Assembly: GCA_964454445.1 (NCBI GenBank)
Contig: CAYVTD010000012.1
Location: 45 to 64,044 of the forward strand
Direction of reading: 5' to 3'
DNA length: 64,000 bases
From: an uncultured Hyphomicrobiales bacterium
Lineage (GTDB): Bacteria; Bacteroidota; Ignavibacteria; Kapaibacteriales; UBA2268
In this document: positions 28,284-37,687 of the stretch, in pieces
Layout of the letters: each line of letters begins with the position of its first letter
How positions within the stretch are numbered: the stretch's first letter is position 1
The notes under the pieces: model-generated
The model's database searches: none
Told to the model about the DNA's origin: nothing
Seen by the model: only the letters and a program-made list of their open reading frames with translations
Translations under genes and position numbers: made by a program

Positions 28284-29207
28284 TTATGATAATATAGCTT
28301 TTTTAATAAATCCACCTGATTCTTCTAGCATTTTTTTTGCCTTTTCAGCGTCAACATCAGCAAGAATCATTACAAGTGCTGTTTTCACGTGTCCCCCACT
28401 TTCAAGCAGATATTTTTCGGCAAGTTGATAACTGATGCCGGTAATGGACATTATTGTCCGTTTGGCACGTTCCTTGAGTTTGGCATTTGTCAGTTGGAGG
28501 TCTATCATTATATTTCCATAAGTTTTGCCAATTAAAATCATAGACGCTGTTGTAAGCATATTTAAAACGAGCTTCTGAGCTGTTCCCGACTTCATCCGTG
28601 TTGAACCGGCAACAACCTCAGCCCCAACCTGAGGATTGATGATAATGTCAGCCTCGATTTTCAAATCTTTAATATTTTCATTTGAGCCGGTAGTAAGCAA
28701 AATAGTAAAAATCTTCTGTCGCCTTGCTTCAGCCAATGCCCCGCGGACAAAAGGAGTTCTTCCCGAAGCGGCAATTCCGCAGACAACATCTCTTTTTGTA
28801 ATTTTTCTACTTATAATTTCTTTTTCGCCGTTTTCATATAAATCTTCTGCTCCTTCCTGTGCCTTAAAAACAGCTTCCTTTCCACCAGCAATAATCCCTT
28901 GAACCATTTCAGCATCCGAACCGAAAGTCGGAGGACATTCCGAAGCATCGACAATACCGAGCCTCCCACTTGTGCCGGCTCCGATATAAAACAGCCTGCC
29001 ACCATTGTAAAAACAAGTAGAAATCCTTTCAACAGCTTCGGTTATTTGCGGAATACATTTTCTTACTGCCGGTGCAACAAGCAAATCCTCATCGTTTATC
29101 ATTGTCAAAATTTCAGCTGCTGAAACAGTATCTATATCCGTTGTTCGTGGATTATTCTGCTCTGTTTGCAAAGAAGCAATTTCCTGAAAAAGTTCGCTTT
29201 CTGGCAT
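28284..29207 (-). CDS. murQ: N-acetylmuramic acid 6-phosphate etherase
   Basis: It has a SIS domain (GAGTSGRLG) and the C-terminal MurQ motif (LTNAKLKERAKR). Confidence 0.85.
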   Translation of the reverse strand: MPESELFQEIASLQTEQNNPRTTDIDTVSAAEILTMINDEDLLVAPAVRKCIPQITEAVERISTCFYNGGRLFYIGAGTSGRLGIVDASECPPTFGSDAEMVQGIIAGGKEAVFKAQEGAEDLYENGEKEIISRKITKRDVVCGIAASGRTPFVRGALAEARRQKIFTILLTTGSNENIKDLKIEADIIINPQVGAEVVAGSTRMKSGTAQKLVLNMLTTASMILIGKTYGNIMIDLQLTNAKLKERAKRTIMSITGISYQLAEKYLLESGGHVKTALVMILADVDAEKAKKMLEESGGFIKKAILS

Positions 29208-29313
29208 TATTATTAATCGATATTATTGGTATTTTTTCATTATAGAAAAATTTTTAAGACAAATCGTCAATTATGAAAACTATTGTAAATCACGGTTAAT
29301 TAAGAATACTGTT

Positions 29314-29919
29314 TCATTGTTTCAAATAATATAATCTAATCCTAATTGCATTCGTTATCCATCTTTTTGTCGTCTTATCTTCTGGAAAAACAATAGTAAA
29401 ACCTTTGAAAAGCCGTGCTATCTCATCCTTGCTAATTTTAAGTATAGGTGTATAAATTCGCTTTGTAGCGCCTGCCTTGAGTGCTTCATCAATACCTTTA
29501 TAATCTGGCACTAAAAATTTTCCTTCCTGATCGGCAATGGCTATGGTATCCATCTTCCTTGCTTTGACTTTCTCAAAAGCAATAAAAGCAGGAATAACAG
29601 CACTTTCCATATCAAAGCTGAAAATATCGGCAGTTGTTGTCTTACCACTTGAGTCGTCAATTATAATAATTACATTATTTTTATCAGTTATATTATGTTT
29701 ATTTAATATTTCAGCAACTATTGCCCCAAGATGGTAGGAAGAATAATTCCCAAGCAAAACTTTTTTTGAAGTGAATATTTCAGTGGATTCAAATTTGAAT
29801 TTTCCAGAAGCATGCATTGCTGACAAATCAACTTCATCAATTTTTATTAATTCCTGAGAATACACACGACAATATAGAAAAATGAATGATATAAAAACGG
29901 CAAAAAGATATTTTTTCAT
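29314..29919 (-). CDS. Hypothetical secreted protein
   Basis: It has a signal peptide and no recognisable domain. Confidence 0.3.
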   Translation of the reverse strand: MKKYLFAVFISFIFLYCRVYSQELIKIDEVDLSAMHASGKFKFESTEIFTSKKVLLGNYSSYHLGAIVAEILNKHNITDKNNVIIIIDDSSGKTTTADIFSFDMESAVIPAFIAFEKVKARKMDTIAIADQEGKFLVPDYKGIDEALKAGATKRIYTPILKISKDEIARLFKGFTIVFPEDKTTKRWITNAIRIRLYYLKQ

Positions 29920-30099
29920 ATAATTTACTTAAAGTTAATACGTATATTCAACTGTGTTCTGATTGCAAAAATAAGAACATTTATTCATTTTTGTTACATG
30001 ATTTTCGTTTAACAAGAAATAAAAAAATTTGCTCAAGCTAAAAAAAATGATTAATTTTAAGTTTTTAGCTTTCTGCTAAAAGAATTATCGGAGATATCA

Positions 30100-30492
30100 A
30101 TGCAAAGAACTTTTCTAAAATCTAAAATACATAGAGCCAAGATAACAGAGGCAAACCTGCTTTACGAAGGTAGCTTTACCATCGACGAAGATTTGATGGA
30201 TGAAGCTGAGATATTACCCTACGAAAAAATCCACATTTACAATATTAACTCAGGCGAACGAATTGAAACTTATGTCATTCCAGGAGCCAGGGGTTCGCGA
30301 GTCTTTGCTCTTAATGGCGCCGCCGCAAGAAAGGGACAAGTTGGCGATCAAGTTATTGCAGTTACTTATATTAATCTCGAGCCTGACGAGCTCGACGAGC
30401 ATCGCCCGACTGTTCTAATACTCGACAAAGACAACAAGATAATTGAAAAAACTCACTCAGCCGAACACAAGCCCTTTATCATCAAAAACTAA
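30100..30492 (+). CDS. panD: Aspartate 1-decarboxylase
   Basis: The sequence MQRTFLKSKIHRAKITEANLLYEGSFTID contains the Gly24-Ser25 pyruvoyl self-cleavage site, and the size (130 aa) is right. Confidence 0.9.
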   Translation: MQRTFLKSKIHRAKITEANLLYEGSFTIDEDLMDEAEILPYEKIHIYNINSGERIETYVIPGARGSRVFALNGAAARKGQVGDQVIAVTYINLEPDELDEHRPTVLILDKDNKIIEKTHSAEHKPFIIKN

Positions 30493-31254
30493 ATGAACGA
30501 TTTCCAACGCAAAGATCTAGCTGTCGTTATCCTTGCAGCCGGCAAAGGAAAACGTATGAAAGATCCGACAAAAGCCAAAGTTATGTTCGAGATTTCCGGA
30601 CAACCAATGCTCGGTTATGTCTTAGAAACAGTTTTCGAACTAAAGCCAAAAAAGATTATCCTTGTCGTCGGCAACAAGAAAGATGATGTTATTGAATACG
30701 CAACAACATTTAATATGCCAAATCTAGAATTTTCCGAGCAACTTGAGCAACTTGGCACAGGGCATGCTGTCGAGCAAACAAGAGCAAATCTTTTAGATTT
30801 CAATGGCGATGTTCTTATACTTGCTGGCGATGTCCCACTTTTAAATGTCAATACCTTGAAACAGTTCATTGTCGAACACAATAAAACAGATGCCGATCTA
30901 ACCGATCTCACAGCTATTACCAGGGACCCGTTCGGCTATGGCAGAATTGTTCGTGATGAATATGGTAATTTCATTAAAATTGTTGAAGAAAAAGACGCTA
31001 ACGACAACGAAAAGCTAATTAAAGAGATAAATAGCGGTACTTTTTTGATTGATAGCAAGCATCTCTTTGATGCCCTATCTAAAGTGAAGAACAATAATGC
31101 ACAAGAAGAATACTATCTTACCGACCTAGTTGCTATTATGAAAAATGAAGGCCTCAAGGTAATAGCTTTCCCTGGCGCTAGTTTCGACGAGCTGCAAGGG
31201 GTAAATTCAACCGATGATCTGAAAAAAGTACAGGAGTATTTCGACAGGATTTGA
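30493..31254 (+). CDS. Sugar-1-phosphate nucleotidyltransferase, GlmU N-terminal-like (uridylyltransferase domain only, no hexapeptide-repeat acetyltransferase domain)
   Basis: It has VVILAAGKGKRM and EQLGTGHAV. It is 253 aa and ends before any left-handed beta-helix (LbH) domain. Confidence 0.6.
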   Translation: MNDFQRKDLAVVILAAGKGKRMKDPTKAKVMFEISGQPMLGYVLETVFELKPKKIILVVGNKKDDVIEYATTFNMPNLEFSEQLEQLGTGHAVEQTRANLLDFNGDVLILAGDVPLLNVNTLKQFIVEHNKTDADLTDLTAITRDPFGYGRIVRDEYGNFIKIVEEKDANDNEKLIKEINSGTFLIDSKHLFDALSKVKNNNAQEEYYLTDLVAIMKNEGLKVIAFPGASFDELQGVNSTDDLKKVQEYFDRI

Positions 31255-31320
31255 ATTGAACTCAAAAGTTCTTTGTGCTTATAATTAATTGTTCATATAA
31301 GACACTATTCACATAAGCAT

Positions 31321-32607
31321 TTAGCTTGCTATTGGAATTCTTATTGTTATGGTGGTACCAGCATTGGGTTTGCTGTCAATTTTAAAGTCTCCATTATGCA
31401 GATCAATCAACTTGATAACTATTGATAACCCAAGCCCGGAACCCTGTTGCTCGTATATTTTTCTTTCAAACTGCATATATGCATCGACTTGACTGATCTG
31501 CTCCTCGGTAAAGCCCCTACCTGAATCAATTATTTGAATTGATAAATAATTATTATCTATTATAGCCATAATTTTGACAATAGTCCCCTTGTCAGAATAT
31601 TTTAGTGCGTTGTCAATTAATTCTTCAACAATTTTGCTAAAATACTCTTCAGATATACTAATGGGGACATCTACGATTGATAAACTAATGTCATTTTCCC
31701 GGGAATATTTCTGAGAAAGCATTACAGATTTATCGTTCAAGGTGTCATAGATGGAGGTTGTTACTTGTTTTTGAAGATTTAAGATTTCGAACATATCTGA
31801 AGAAATGAGAGATAGATTAGCATAAAACAAATAATTCTCTGTTAATCGCCTGAGTCGCTCAGCAGATAGTTTAGCGTCGTTTAGCACTTCTTTTGCTTCA
31901 TTATATTCGATTTTGTCGTAATAGTTGATAAGAAAATCAACCGTTCCGATAATTTGATTGATGGGCGTTCTAAACTCGTGAGGCAAAGCCATGCTAAGAT
32001 TCGATTGCAGATCTTCAAATTTATCTGCAAGTTGCTTTTTGCTCTTCACTAGGTTCATAGTCCGGAAAGCAACCATTTGCTCGAGAGTATCTAGATTTTC
32101 GAGCTGATTGATGTGAAGTAAAACATTTTCAAGCGTTATAGCAAAAAGCCCGGAATGGATATTGCATACTAAAAAAAATGTTTGCCCTAATTTTTCCGGT
32201 GGGGTATCCACTCTAAGAATAATTATACCGATAACTCCATCAGCTTTTAGCAGTGGAACAGCAACACTATAACTATTATCAAAAAATGTAAATTCACTCT
32301 GTTCATAAGAAATGGAAACATTTTTCAAAGCATCACCAATAACTCCCTTATCTACAAGCACTTGAAAAATATTAGAACATAGTTCAGCATCCTGTGCAGG
32401 TAAGGTAAGGTCGTGATAAAACTCGAATGTTTCTTCGTTCAATAAATATAATGAGGCACAAATCACTTGCGGTATTTGAAGAAAAACATTCAAGCCCTGA
32501 TTCTTTACAATAGGCAAGCGCCTCTCGTGCATACTAAATTTACAGTATTCTTCGATTGCCTCGAGAGTAACACAATATTTTTTTAAAACTAACTCTTTCA
32601 TTGTCAA
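31321..32607 (-). CDS. Cytoplasmic sensor histidine kinase with a GAF-like N-terminal domain
   Basis: The H-box is ALPHEFRTPINQIIG, and the HATPase_c region shows IIDSGRGF...GSGLGLSIV. There is no transmembrane segment. It overlaps the upstream HDOD gene by 4 nt. Confidence 0.8.
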   Translation of the reverse strand: MTMKELVLKKYCVTLEAIEEYCKFSMHERRLPIVKNQGLNVFLQIPQVICASLYLLNEETFEFYHDLTLPAQDAELCSNIFQVLVDKGVIGDALKNVSISYEQSEFTFFDNSYSVAVPLLKADGVIGIIILRVDTPPEKLGQTFFLVCNIHSGLFAITLENVLLHINQLENLDTLEQMVAFRTMNLVKSKKQLADKFEDLQSNLSMALPHEFRTPINQIIGTVDFLINYYDKIEYNEAKEVLNDAKLSAERLRRLTENYLFYANLSLISSDMFEILNLQKQVTTSIYDTLNDKSVMLSQKYSRENDISLSIVDVPISISEEYFSKIVEELIDNALKYSDKGTIVKIMAIIDNNYLSIQIIDSGRGFTEEQISQVDAYMQFERKIYEQQGSGLGLSIVIKLIDLHNGDFKIDSKPNAGTTITIRIPIAS

Positions 32608-33458
32608 TGTCCTTTTGAGCTAATAAGTATAGAAACTGCATCTTCATAGCTTTTTATTATCACAGGAGCTATGTTTGAGAATTGTTTTATATCAAGATTC
32701 AGAATCTCCCATATCTCTGGATTAGGTCTTGGTATGACTTTGTCACCAGCACCTCCTAGATGCAAAGCCCTTGCAATAGCATCTGCCAGATGAACGCAAG
32801 CGACTAAATTATCTGGCTTCCCATTTACTGTTCCTTGTAAATGGTATTTAATTACGTTGATAAGAGATTCAGGGATATCCCATTTTTGAGCTACCATAGC
32901 ACCAAGCTCAAGGTGGTCTATTCCAAGCACAGCTATCTCAGCATTACCAATTCTCGTATTATTTTCAACAACATAGTTTATCACTTTTGAATAATCAATC
33001 TTTCCGTGATAAAGCAACAATAGTTTTCCGATATCATGAATGATTCCAGCAACGAAATAGTTATCCACTAGTTTTTCGTTAATTAGAGTTCCAAGAATCC
33101 TTGTTATTACTCCAACAGCAATGGAATGTTTCCAATGATCGACCAAACTAAAATATGGATTAGGCTTGTAATTCTTGAACATATCAATTATCGAAAGCGA
33201 AAACACAATATTCTTTACTTCATTGAAACCGAGGAAAAAAATTGCTTTTTGAATTGTATCTATCTTTGTAGAAATACCGAAAACTGGAGAATTAACTGTT
33301 CGTAACAGCTTCAAAGTAGAAGCCTGATCTCTTTCAATGATATCAGAAATATCCTTTGCGGAAGTCCGTGTATTACTCATTGCTTCCAACAATTGAGAAT
33401 AAATTGTTGGTAGAGTAGGCAAATCTTTTACATTTGTTAATATATCAGAAATATCCAT
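32604..33458 (-). CDS. HDOD domain signalling protein
   Basis: The HDOD pattern is present (...FGISTKIDTIQKAIFFLGF...GIIHDIGKLLL...). Confidence 0.7.
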   Translation of the reverse strand: MDISDILTNVKDLPTLPTIYSQLLEAMSNTRTSAKDISDIIERDQASTLKLLRTVNSPVFGISTKIDTIQKAIFFLGFNEVKNIVFSLSIIDMFKNYKPNPYFSLVDHWKHSIAVGVITRILGTLINEKLVDNYFVAGIIHDIGKLLLLYHGKIDYSKVINYVVENNTRIGNAEIAVLGIDHLELGAMVAQKWDIPESLINVIKYHLQGTVNGKPDNLVACVHLADAIARALHLGGAGDKVIPRPNPEIWEILNLDIKQFSNIAPVIIKSYEDAVSILISSKGH

Positions 33459-33785
33459 TTACTTGGCACTAATTCTATTGGCTGTGGCAATTAAAGCCAT
33501 ATTGTAAATTGCTTTTTCGTATTCATTGTTTGGTATCCAATGCATATATCGTTTTAGTTCATTTTCAGCAGCTCGTCTTAATTCTTCGCTCATTGTATTC
33601 TCTTCCTCTCCGGTGTCGCCTGCAGTAATTATAACTTTTGTTATACTCCAAGTTTTTAGCAAATTTATATGCCTTCGGCTTAGGACAGTTCCAGCAGCCA
33701 AAAGTGTCTGACCGAAAGTGTTAATAACATTTTCAGCGAGTTCCATTCCCTCAATAATATCTTTTAGCTCTTTTGTTTCTTTCAT
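33459..33785 (-). CDS. Small DUF3391-like protein encoded directly upstream of, and adjacent to, the HDOD gene
   Basis: It is 108 aa. The stretch LKDIIEGMELAENVINTFGQTLLAAGTVLSRRHINLLKTWSITKVII resembles the DUF3391 domain that is usually fused N-terminally to HDOD or HD-GYP proteins. The assignment is by eye. Confidence 0.35.
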   Translation of the reverse strand: MKETKELKDIIEGMELAENVINTFGQTLLAAGTVLSRRHINLLKTWSITKVIITAGDTGEEENTMSEELRRAAENELKRYMHWIPNNEYEKAIYNMALIATANRISAK

Positions 33786-33895
33786 TATATTAATTTATTA
33801 CAAGAAATAGCAATCCTGTTTAATATTAAAAATATGAAAATTTTATTGAAATTTCGAACTTTTTTTATATTTCTTAAAAAGAATATAAAATGGCG

Positions 33896-34690
33896 CTAAT
33901 CCCTCCCTAACAGCTTTACTAAAGGCATTTCTGATATAAATTGATGAAAATAAAGCATTTGCAATGTATATAATAGTGCTGTTTCGCTTTCCTCATTCCA
34001 TTTATATGATATTTCCCCTTGCCTTTGGAAAATCTTCTCGCTTTCGTCGTCTTTTTCAAAAATATGAATATGACCTGTGCCAATTTCTGCTAAATTAAAT
34101 AGTTTTTGTTCCAAACCCTCGGGATGCTCTTCAGAATGGCAAACCCAAAAGCCGATTGGGAGGGGATACTGATTGATTTCATACCAGTCTTCACTAATAT
34201 CTGATACTATTTCTTCATCAGCTAAATCGCCCCAGGCAACAAATGCATCATACTTTTTTAATGTATCATTTTCTTTCCTGCCTATTTTTTCTACAAAGGG
34301 ATGAATACTATACCTTTCAGCCAGCAATATTTGCATTATTCTAGTTAAATAACCCTCAGGATTCACAGAAGCAATTTTTTCTATTGTTCTTATATTCTTA
34401 GCATAAGCAACCGAGGCAAATCTCGTATAATCTTTCAAAAACAATGCTATTTCAGGAATGATCATCATATCAGCTTTGCCTACTGCCTTGCCATATTGCA
34501 ATGGCGTAAGCACCGCAGCAGATACTCTATTCGACAATAAAAGCTCTAAACACAATTCTTCAGTCGTTTTTATTATACTTAAACCAGATTCACCAGATTT
34601 GTCTATATCCTTACTCTCTGCTTTCTTATAAAAAAAATCAAATGTTGTGCCAAATGGAATTGCTAACTTTAATTGCATAAGTATTCCCAA
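33896..34690 (-). CDS. Possible MqnA/MqnD-family (menaquinone via futalosine, PF02621-like) protein; functional assignment tentative
   Basis: At ~264 aa the size and the motifs AAVLTPLQYGK and PIGFWVCHSEE resemble chorismate dehydratase MqnA, but this is uncertain. Confidence 0.35.
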   Translation of the reverse strand: MGILMQLKLAIPFGTTFDFFYKKAESKDIDKSGESGLSIIKTTEELCLELLLSNRVSAAVLTPLQYGKAVGKADMMIIPEIALFLKDYTRFASVAYAKNIRTIEKIASVNPEGYLTRIMQILLAERYSIHPFVEKIGRKENDTLKKYDAFVAWGDLADEEIVSDISEDWYEINQYPLPIGFWVCHSEEHPEGLEQKLFNLAEIGTGHIHIFEKDDESEKIFQRQGEISYKWNEESETALLYTLQMLYFHQFISEMPLVKLLGRD

Positions 34691-34736
34691 TTTATTATTT
34701 TTAATTTTTTAAAATTGCAGAATTAATAAAAGTAAA

Positions 34737-35633
34737 ATGGAAATTATAAAAACTATTGCTGAAATGCAAGAAAAATCTAGAAGTTTAATCAAAAATGGGA
34801 AATCTATTGCTTTCGTTCCGACAATGGGTTATTTCCACGACGGACATACATCCTTAATCAATTTAGCGAGCGATTACGCCGATGTTGTCGTAACCAGTCT
34901 TTTCGTCAATCCCACTCAATTTGCTCCAAACGAGGATTTCGCCAAATATCCCCGCGATTTTAACCGTGATTGCACAATTGCTGAAAATGCCGGTTCAGAC
35001 ATACTCTTCAATCCCGATGTCGGAGAAATGTATCCTTCTAATTACTTTACCTCTGTTGTTGTCGCAGAGATTTCCGAAAAATTTGAAGGTAAATTTCGAC
35101 CTACTCACTTCACAGGAGTTGCAACAGTTGTAACAAAACTATTAAACATAGTCAATCCCGACTTTGCTATCTTTGGACAAAAGGACTACCAACAGTTGCT
35201 AATCGTCAAAAAACTCGTTAGAGACCTTAACATCAATACTAAAATCATTACTGCGCCCACCAAACGCCAATCCGACGGGCTGGCTATGAGTTCCAGAAAT
35301 GTTTATCTTTCGCAAGGAGAGCGCAACAATGCCTCCATACTTTATTTAGCAATGGAAAATGCGATAAAAATCATTGAAAATGGAGAAAATAGAAGGAAAA
35401 TAATAAACGCAACAATGCACAATACATTAAGGAGCGTTCCTGACATAAAAATCGACTATGCAAGTGCTGCCGAAGCTGATACCTTAGCAGAACCAGAATT
35501 TTTTTTACCTGGAACCCGTTTAGTTCTCCTTCTTGCTGTATATCTTGGTAAAACCAGACTTATTGATAACTCTATTGTATCCTTGCCTGAACAGAAATTT
35601 GAAAAGCCAGAATGGGTCAAGGAGGTTTTATAA
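34737..35633 (+). CDS. panC: Pantoate-beta-alanine ligase
   Basis: It has VPTMGYFHDGHTSL (a HIGH-like motif) and conserved PanC blocks (FGQKDYQQL). Confidence 0.9.
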   Translation: MEIIKTIAEMQEKSRSLIKNGKSIAFVPTMGYFHDGHTSLINLASDYADVVVTSLFVNPTQFAPNEDFAKYPRDFNRDCTIAENAGSDILFNPDVGEMYPSNYFTSVVVAEISEKFEGKFRPTHFTGVATVVTKLLNIVNPDFAIFGQKDYQQLLIVKKLVRDLNINTKIITAPTKRQSDGLAMSSRNVYLSQGERNNASILYLAMENAIKIIENGENRRKIINATMHNTLRSVPDIKIDYASAAEADTLAEPEFFLPGTRLVLLLAVYLGKTRLIDNSIVSLPEQKFEKPEWVKEVL

Positions 35634-35697
35634 GTCAATTAGTCTTCCATTAATTATTTGTTTTCTTTTAACTGTTTCACACATAATCATAAAAAAA

Positions 35698-36588
35698 ATG
35701 AAAACTTTAGCAGAATCTGAAAACTATCTTGCAATTCCAGAGGAGAACTCCAATCTTCAAAATTCAAAAATAGTTTTATTATCAGCTCCCTACGAAGAGA
35801 CCACAAGCTACGGAGGAGGCTGCGCCTACGGTCCAGAAGCAATAATTGCGGCTTCGGCTTACGTCGAGTTTTTTGACGACGAATTTGAACGCGAGCTATG
35901 CTTTGAAAAAGGTATCGCAACCTTGGAAGCTCTCGATTTCACAGGGCGAATCGACAAAGAAGCCCTGCAATTAATCGAGAAACAATGTACTGAACTCCTC
36001 GAAATGGATAAATTCGTTGTTACCCTTGGAGGCGAGCATACCATATCTTTTGCAACTATAGCCGCACATTATAAAAAGTATCCCGAAATGTCCTTGCTCC
36101 ATTTCGATGCCCATTCTGACCTCCGTCAGGAATATTTAGATAACAAATATTCTCATGCTTGCGTTATGGCAAGAGTGTGCGAATTTTTCCCACCACAACG
36201 GATAACCCAAGTTGGCATCAGGGCGCTTTGCAAAGAAGAACATTCCTTCATCAAAATGCATCATATCAGCACCTTTTATGCATCTGCCATTAGAAAAGGC
36301 ATATATGGAAGCAACTGGCAAGGACAAATTGCCGAAACACTCTCGGATACTATCTATGTTAGTTTTGATATTGACTTCTTTGATCCATCTTTAATTCCTG
36401 CAACGGGAACCCCCGAACCAGACGGTTTCTTTTATAGCGAAACGATAGATGTCTTTAGAGAAATTAAGCGTTTAGGAAAGAAAATAATTGGATTTGACCT
36501 CGTCGAGCTTGCACCCATAGCCGATTTACACCACTGCAACCTTACCGCTGCCCGATTGGCTTATAAATTAATGAACTTCGCGTTTTAA
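35698..36588 (+). CDS. speB: Agmatinase (arginase/ureohydrolase family)
   Basis: It has LGGEHTIS, FDAHSDL and SFDIDFFDP (the Mn-binding motifs). I chose the start at ATG 35698 (MKTLAESENY); the upstream extension in the ORF track overlaps panC. Confidence 0.85.
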   Translation: MKTLAESENYLAIPEENSNLQNSKIVLLSAPYEETTSYGGGCAYGPEAIIAASAYVEFFDDEFERELCFEKGIATLEALDFTGRIDKEALQLIEKQCTELLEMDKFVVTLGGEHTISFATIAAHYKKYPEMSLLHFDAHSDLRQEYLDNKYSHACVMARVCEFFPPQRITQVGIRALCKEEHSFIKMHHISTFYASAIRKGIYGSNWQGQIAETLSDTIYVSFDIDFFDPSLIPATGTPEPDGFFYSETIDVFREIKRLGKKIIGFDLVELAPIADLHHCNLTAARLAYKLMNFAF

Positions 36589-36683
36589 ATTGAGCAATGA
36601 AAATTTAATATTTACTTTTTTTAAAGTATTTCTCATTATTATTTGAATAGATTACTATCAAGGTTAAAATAAAATAATTATAT

Positions 36684-37589
36684 TTAATTTGAAACAGCTT
36701 TTTTTTCGATTAGGAGCTTATCGAAATCTTCTTCATCAATATAGTATTTTGCATTGCAATACTGGCAAATCAATTCATTTTGCTTCATCTCTTTCATATC
36801 TTTGATTTCTTCATAACTTAAAGTCAGTAGTTTATCAAGAAATCCATCTTTTGAGCATCGGCAAAAGAAATCGACAGGAATAACTCTCAAAACATCGAAT
36901 TCTTTATTGATTATCTTTGCAATAATTTCTTCAGGTCGGGTTGCCTCTTCGTAAAGCTTTGTAAGTTTTTGGTAGCTTTTCAGATCATTCATAATGGCAT
37001 TTATTTCACTAATAGTTGCTCCCGGCATAGCTTGCACCAAAAAACCGGCAGATTCTGTTATGAAGCCATTTTCATTGAAATCGACATCGAGAATAACTGC
37101 CGTTGGGATCTGCTCGGATCGTGAGAAAAAACCAGCAATGTCGGTCTGAATATCAGTTTTTTGCAATGGAATTATGCTCGTTATTGGCTCTGGTCTGTCG
37201 TACATTATCTTAGTAACTCGCAGGGTGCCTTCCCCAAGATAATCAGAGCTTGATGGCAGGGACAGATTTACTTCATTCGTATATCTTGCAAATCCTCTGA
37301 TTTCGCCAGTTTGAATCGCTTCTGCGAATATCTTTTGCAGCGAACCATCGCCTTCGATATCGATAATAATTCGCTCTTCGCCTTTTAATAAAGAAGCCAT
37401 CATCATAGCAGCCCCCATTGTTTTAGCAAGAAAAACGGCTGGTATTAAAGAAAGATTGTGCCTTTTCTGGGCTGTTTTTGCGGTAGATGTATTTCGTATG
37501 GAAATAATTCTAAATTTTCCGTCTTTTGTTAAAGCTCTGACCGAGCGATCTCTTTCCCGGAGTGCTTTTTTTTTCTGCTCTAAGTCCAT
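36684..37589 (-). CDS. hslO: Redox-regulated chaperone Hsp33
   Basis: The C-terminal zinc centre is present (CRCS...CQYC). Confidence 0.85.
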   Translation of the reverse strand: MDLEQKKKALRERDRSVRALTKDGKFRIISIRNTSTAKTAQKRHNLSLIPAVFLAKTMGAAMMMASLLKGEERIIIDIEGDGSLQKIFAEAIQTGEIRGFARYTNEVNLSLPSSSDYLGEGTLRVTKIMYDRPEPITSIIPLQKTDIQTDIAGFFSRSEQIPTAVILDVDFNENGFITESAGFLVQAMPGATISEINAIMNDLKSYQKLTKLYEEATRPEEIIAKIINKEFDVLRVIPVDFFCRCSKDGFLDKLLTLSYEEIKDMKEMKQNELICQYCNAKYYIDEEDFDKLLIEKKAVSN

Positions 37590-37687
37590 TTTATCCGATT
37601 TTTTAAATTAAACTGTGCTATTAACGTTGAAATATGCAGAATATTATTTATTTTTGCATTTTTGAAACTATAAATCGGACAAGATAC

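Noticed and set aside
35533-35697. An upstream extension of the agmatinase ORF that overlaps panC by ~100 nt
   Set aside because: The extension is hydrophobic, lacks arginase-family similarity, and overlaps the panC 3' end. The conserved agmatinase N-terminus begins at the ATG at 35698.
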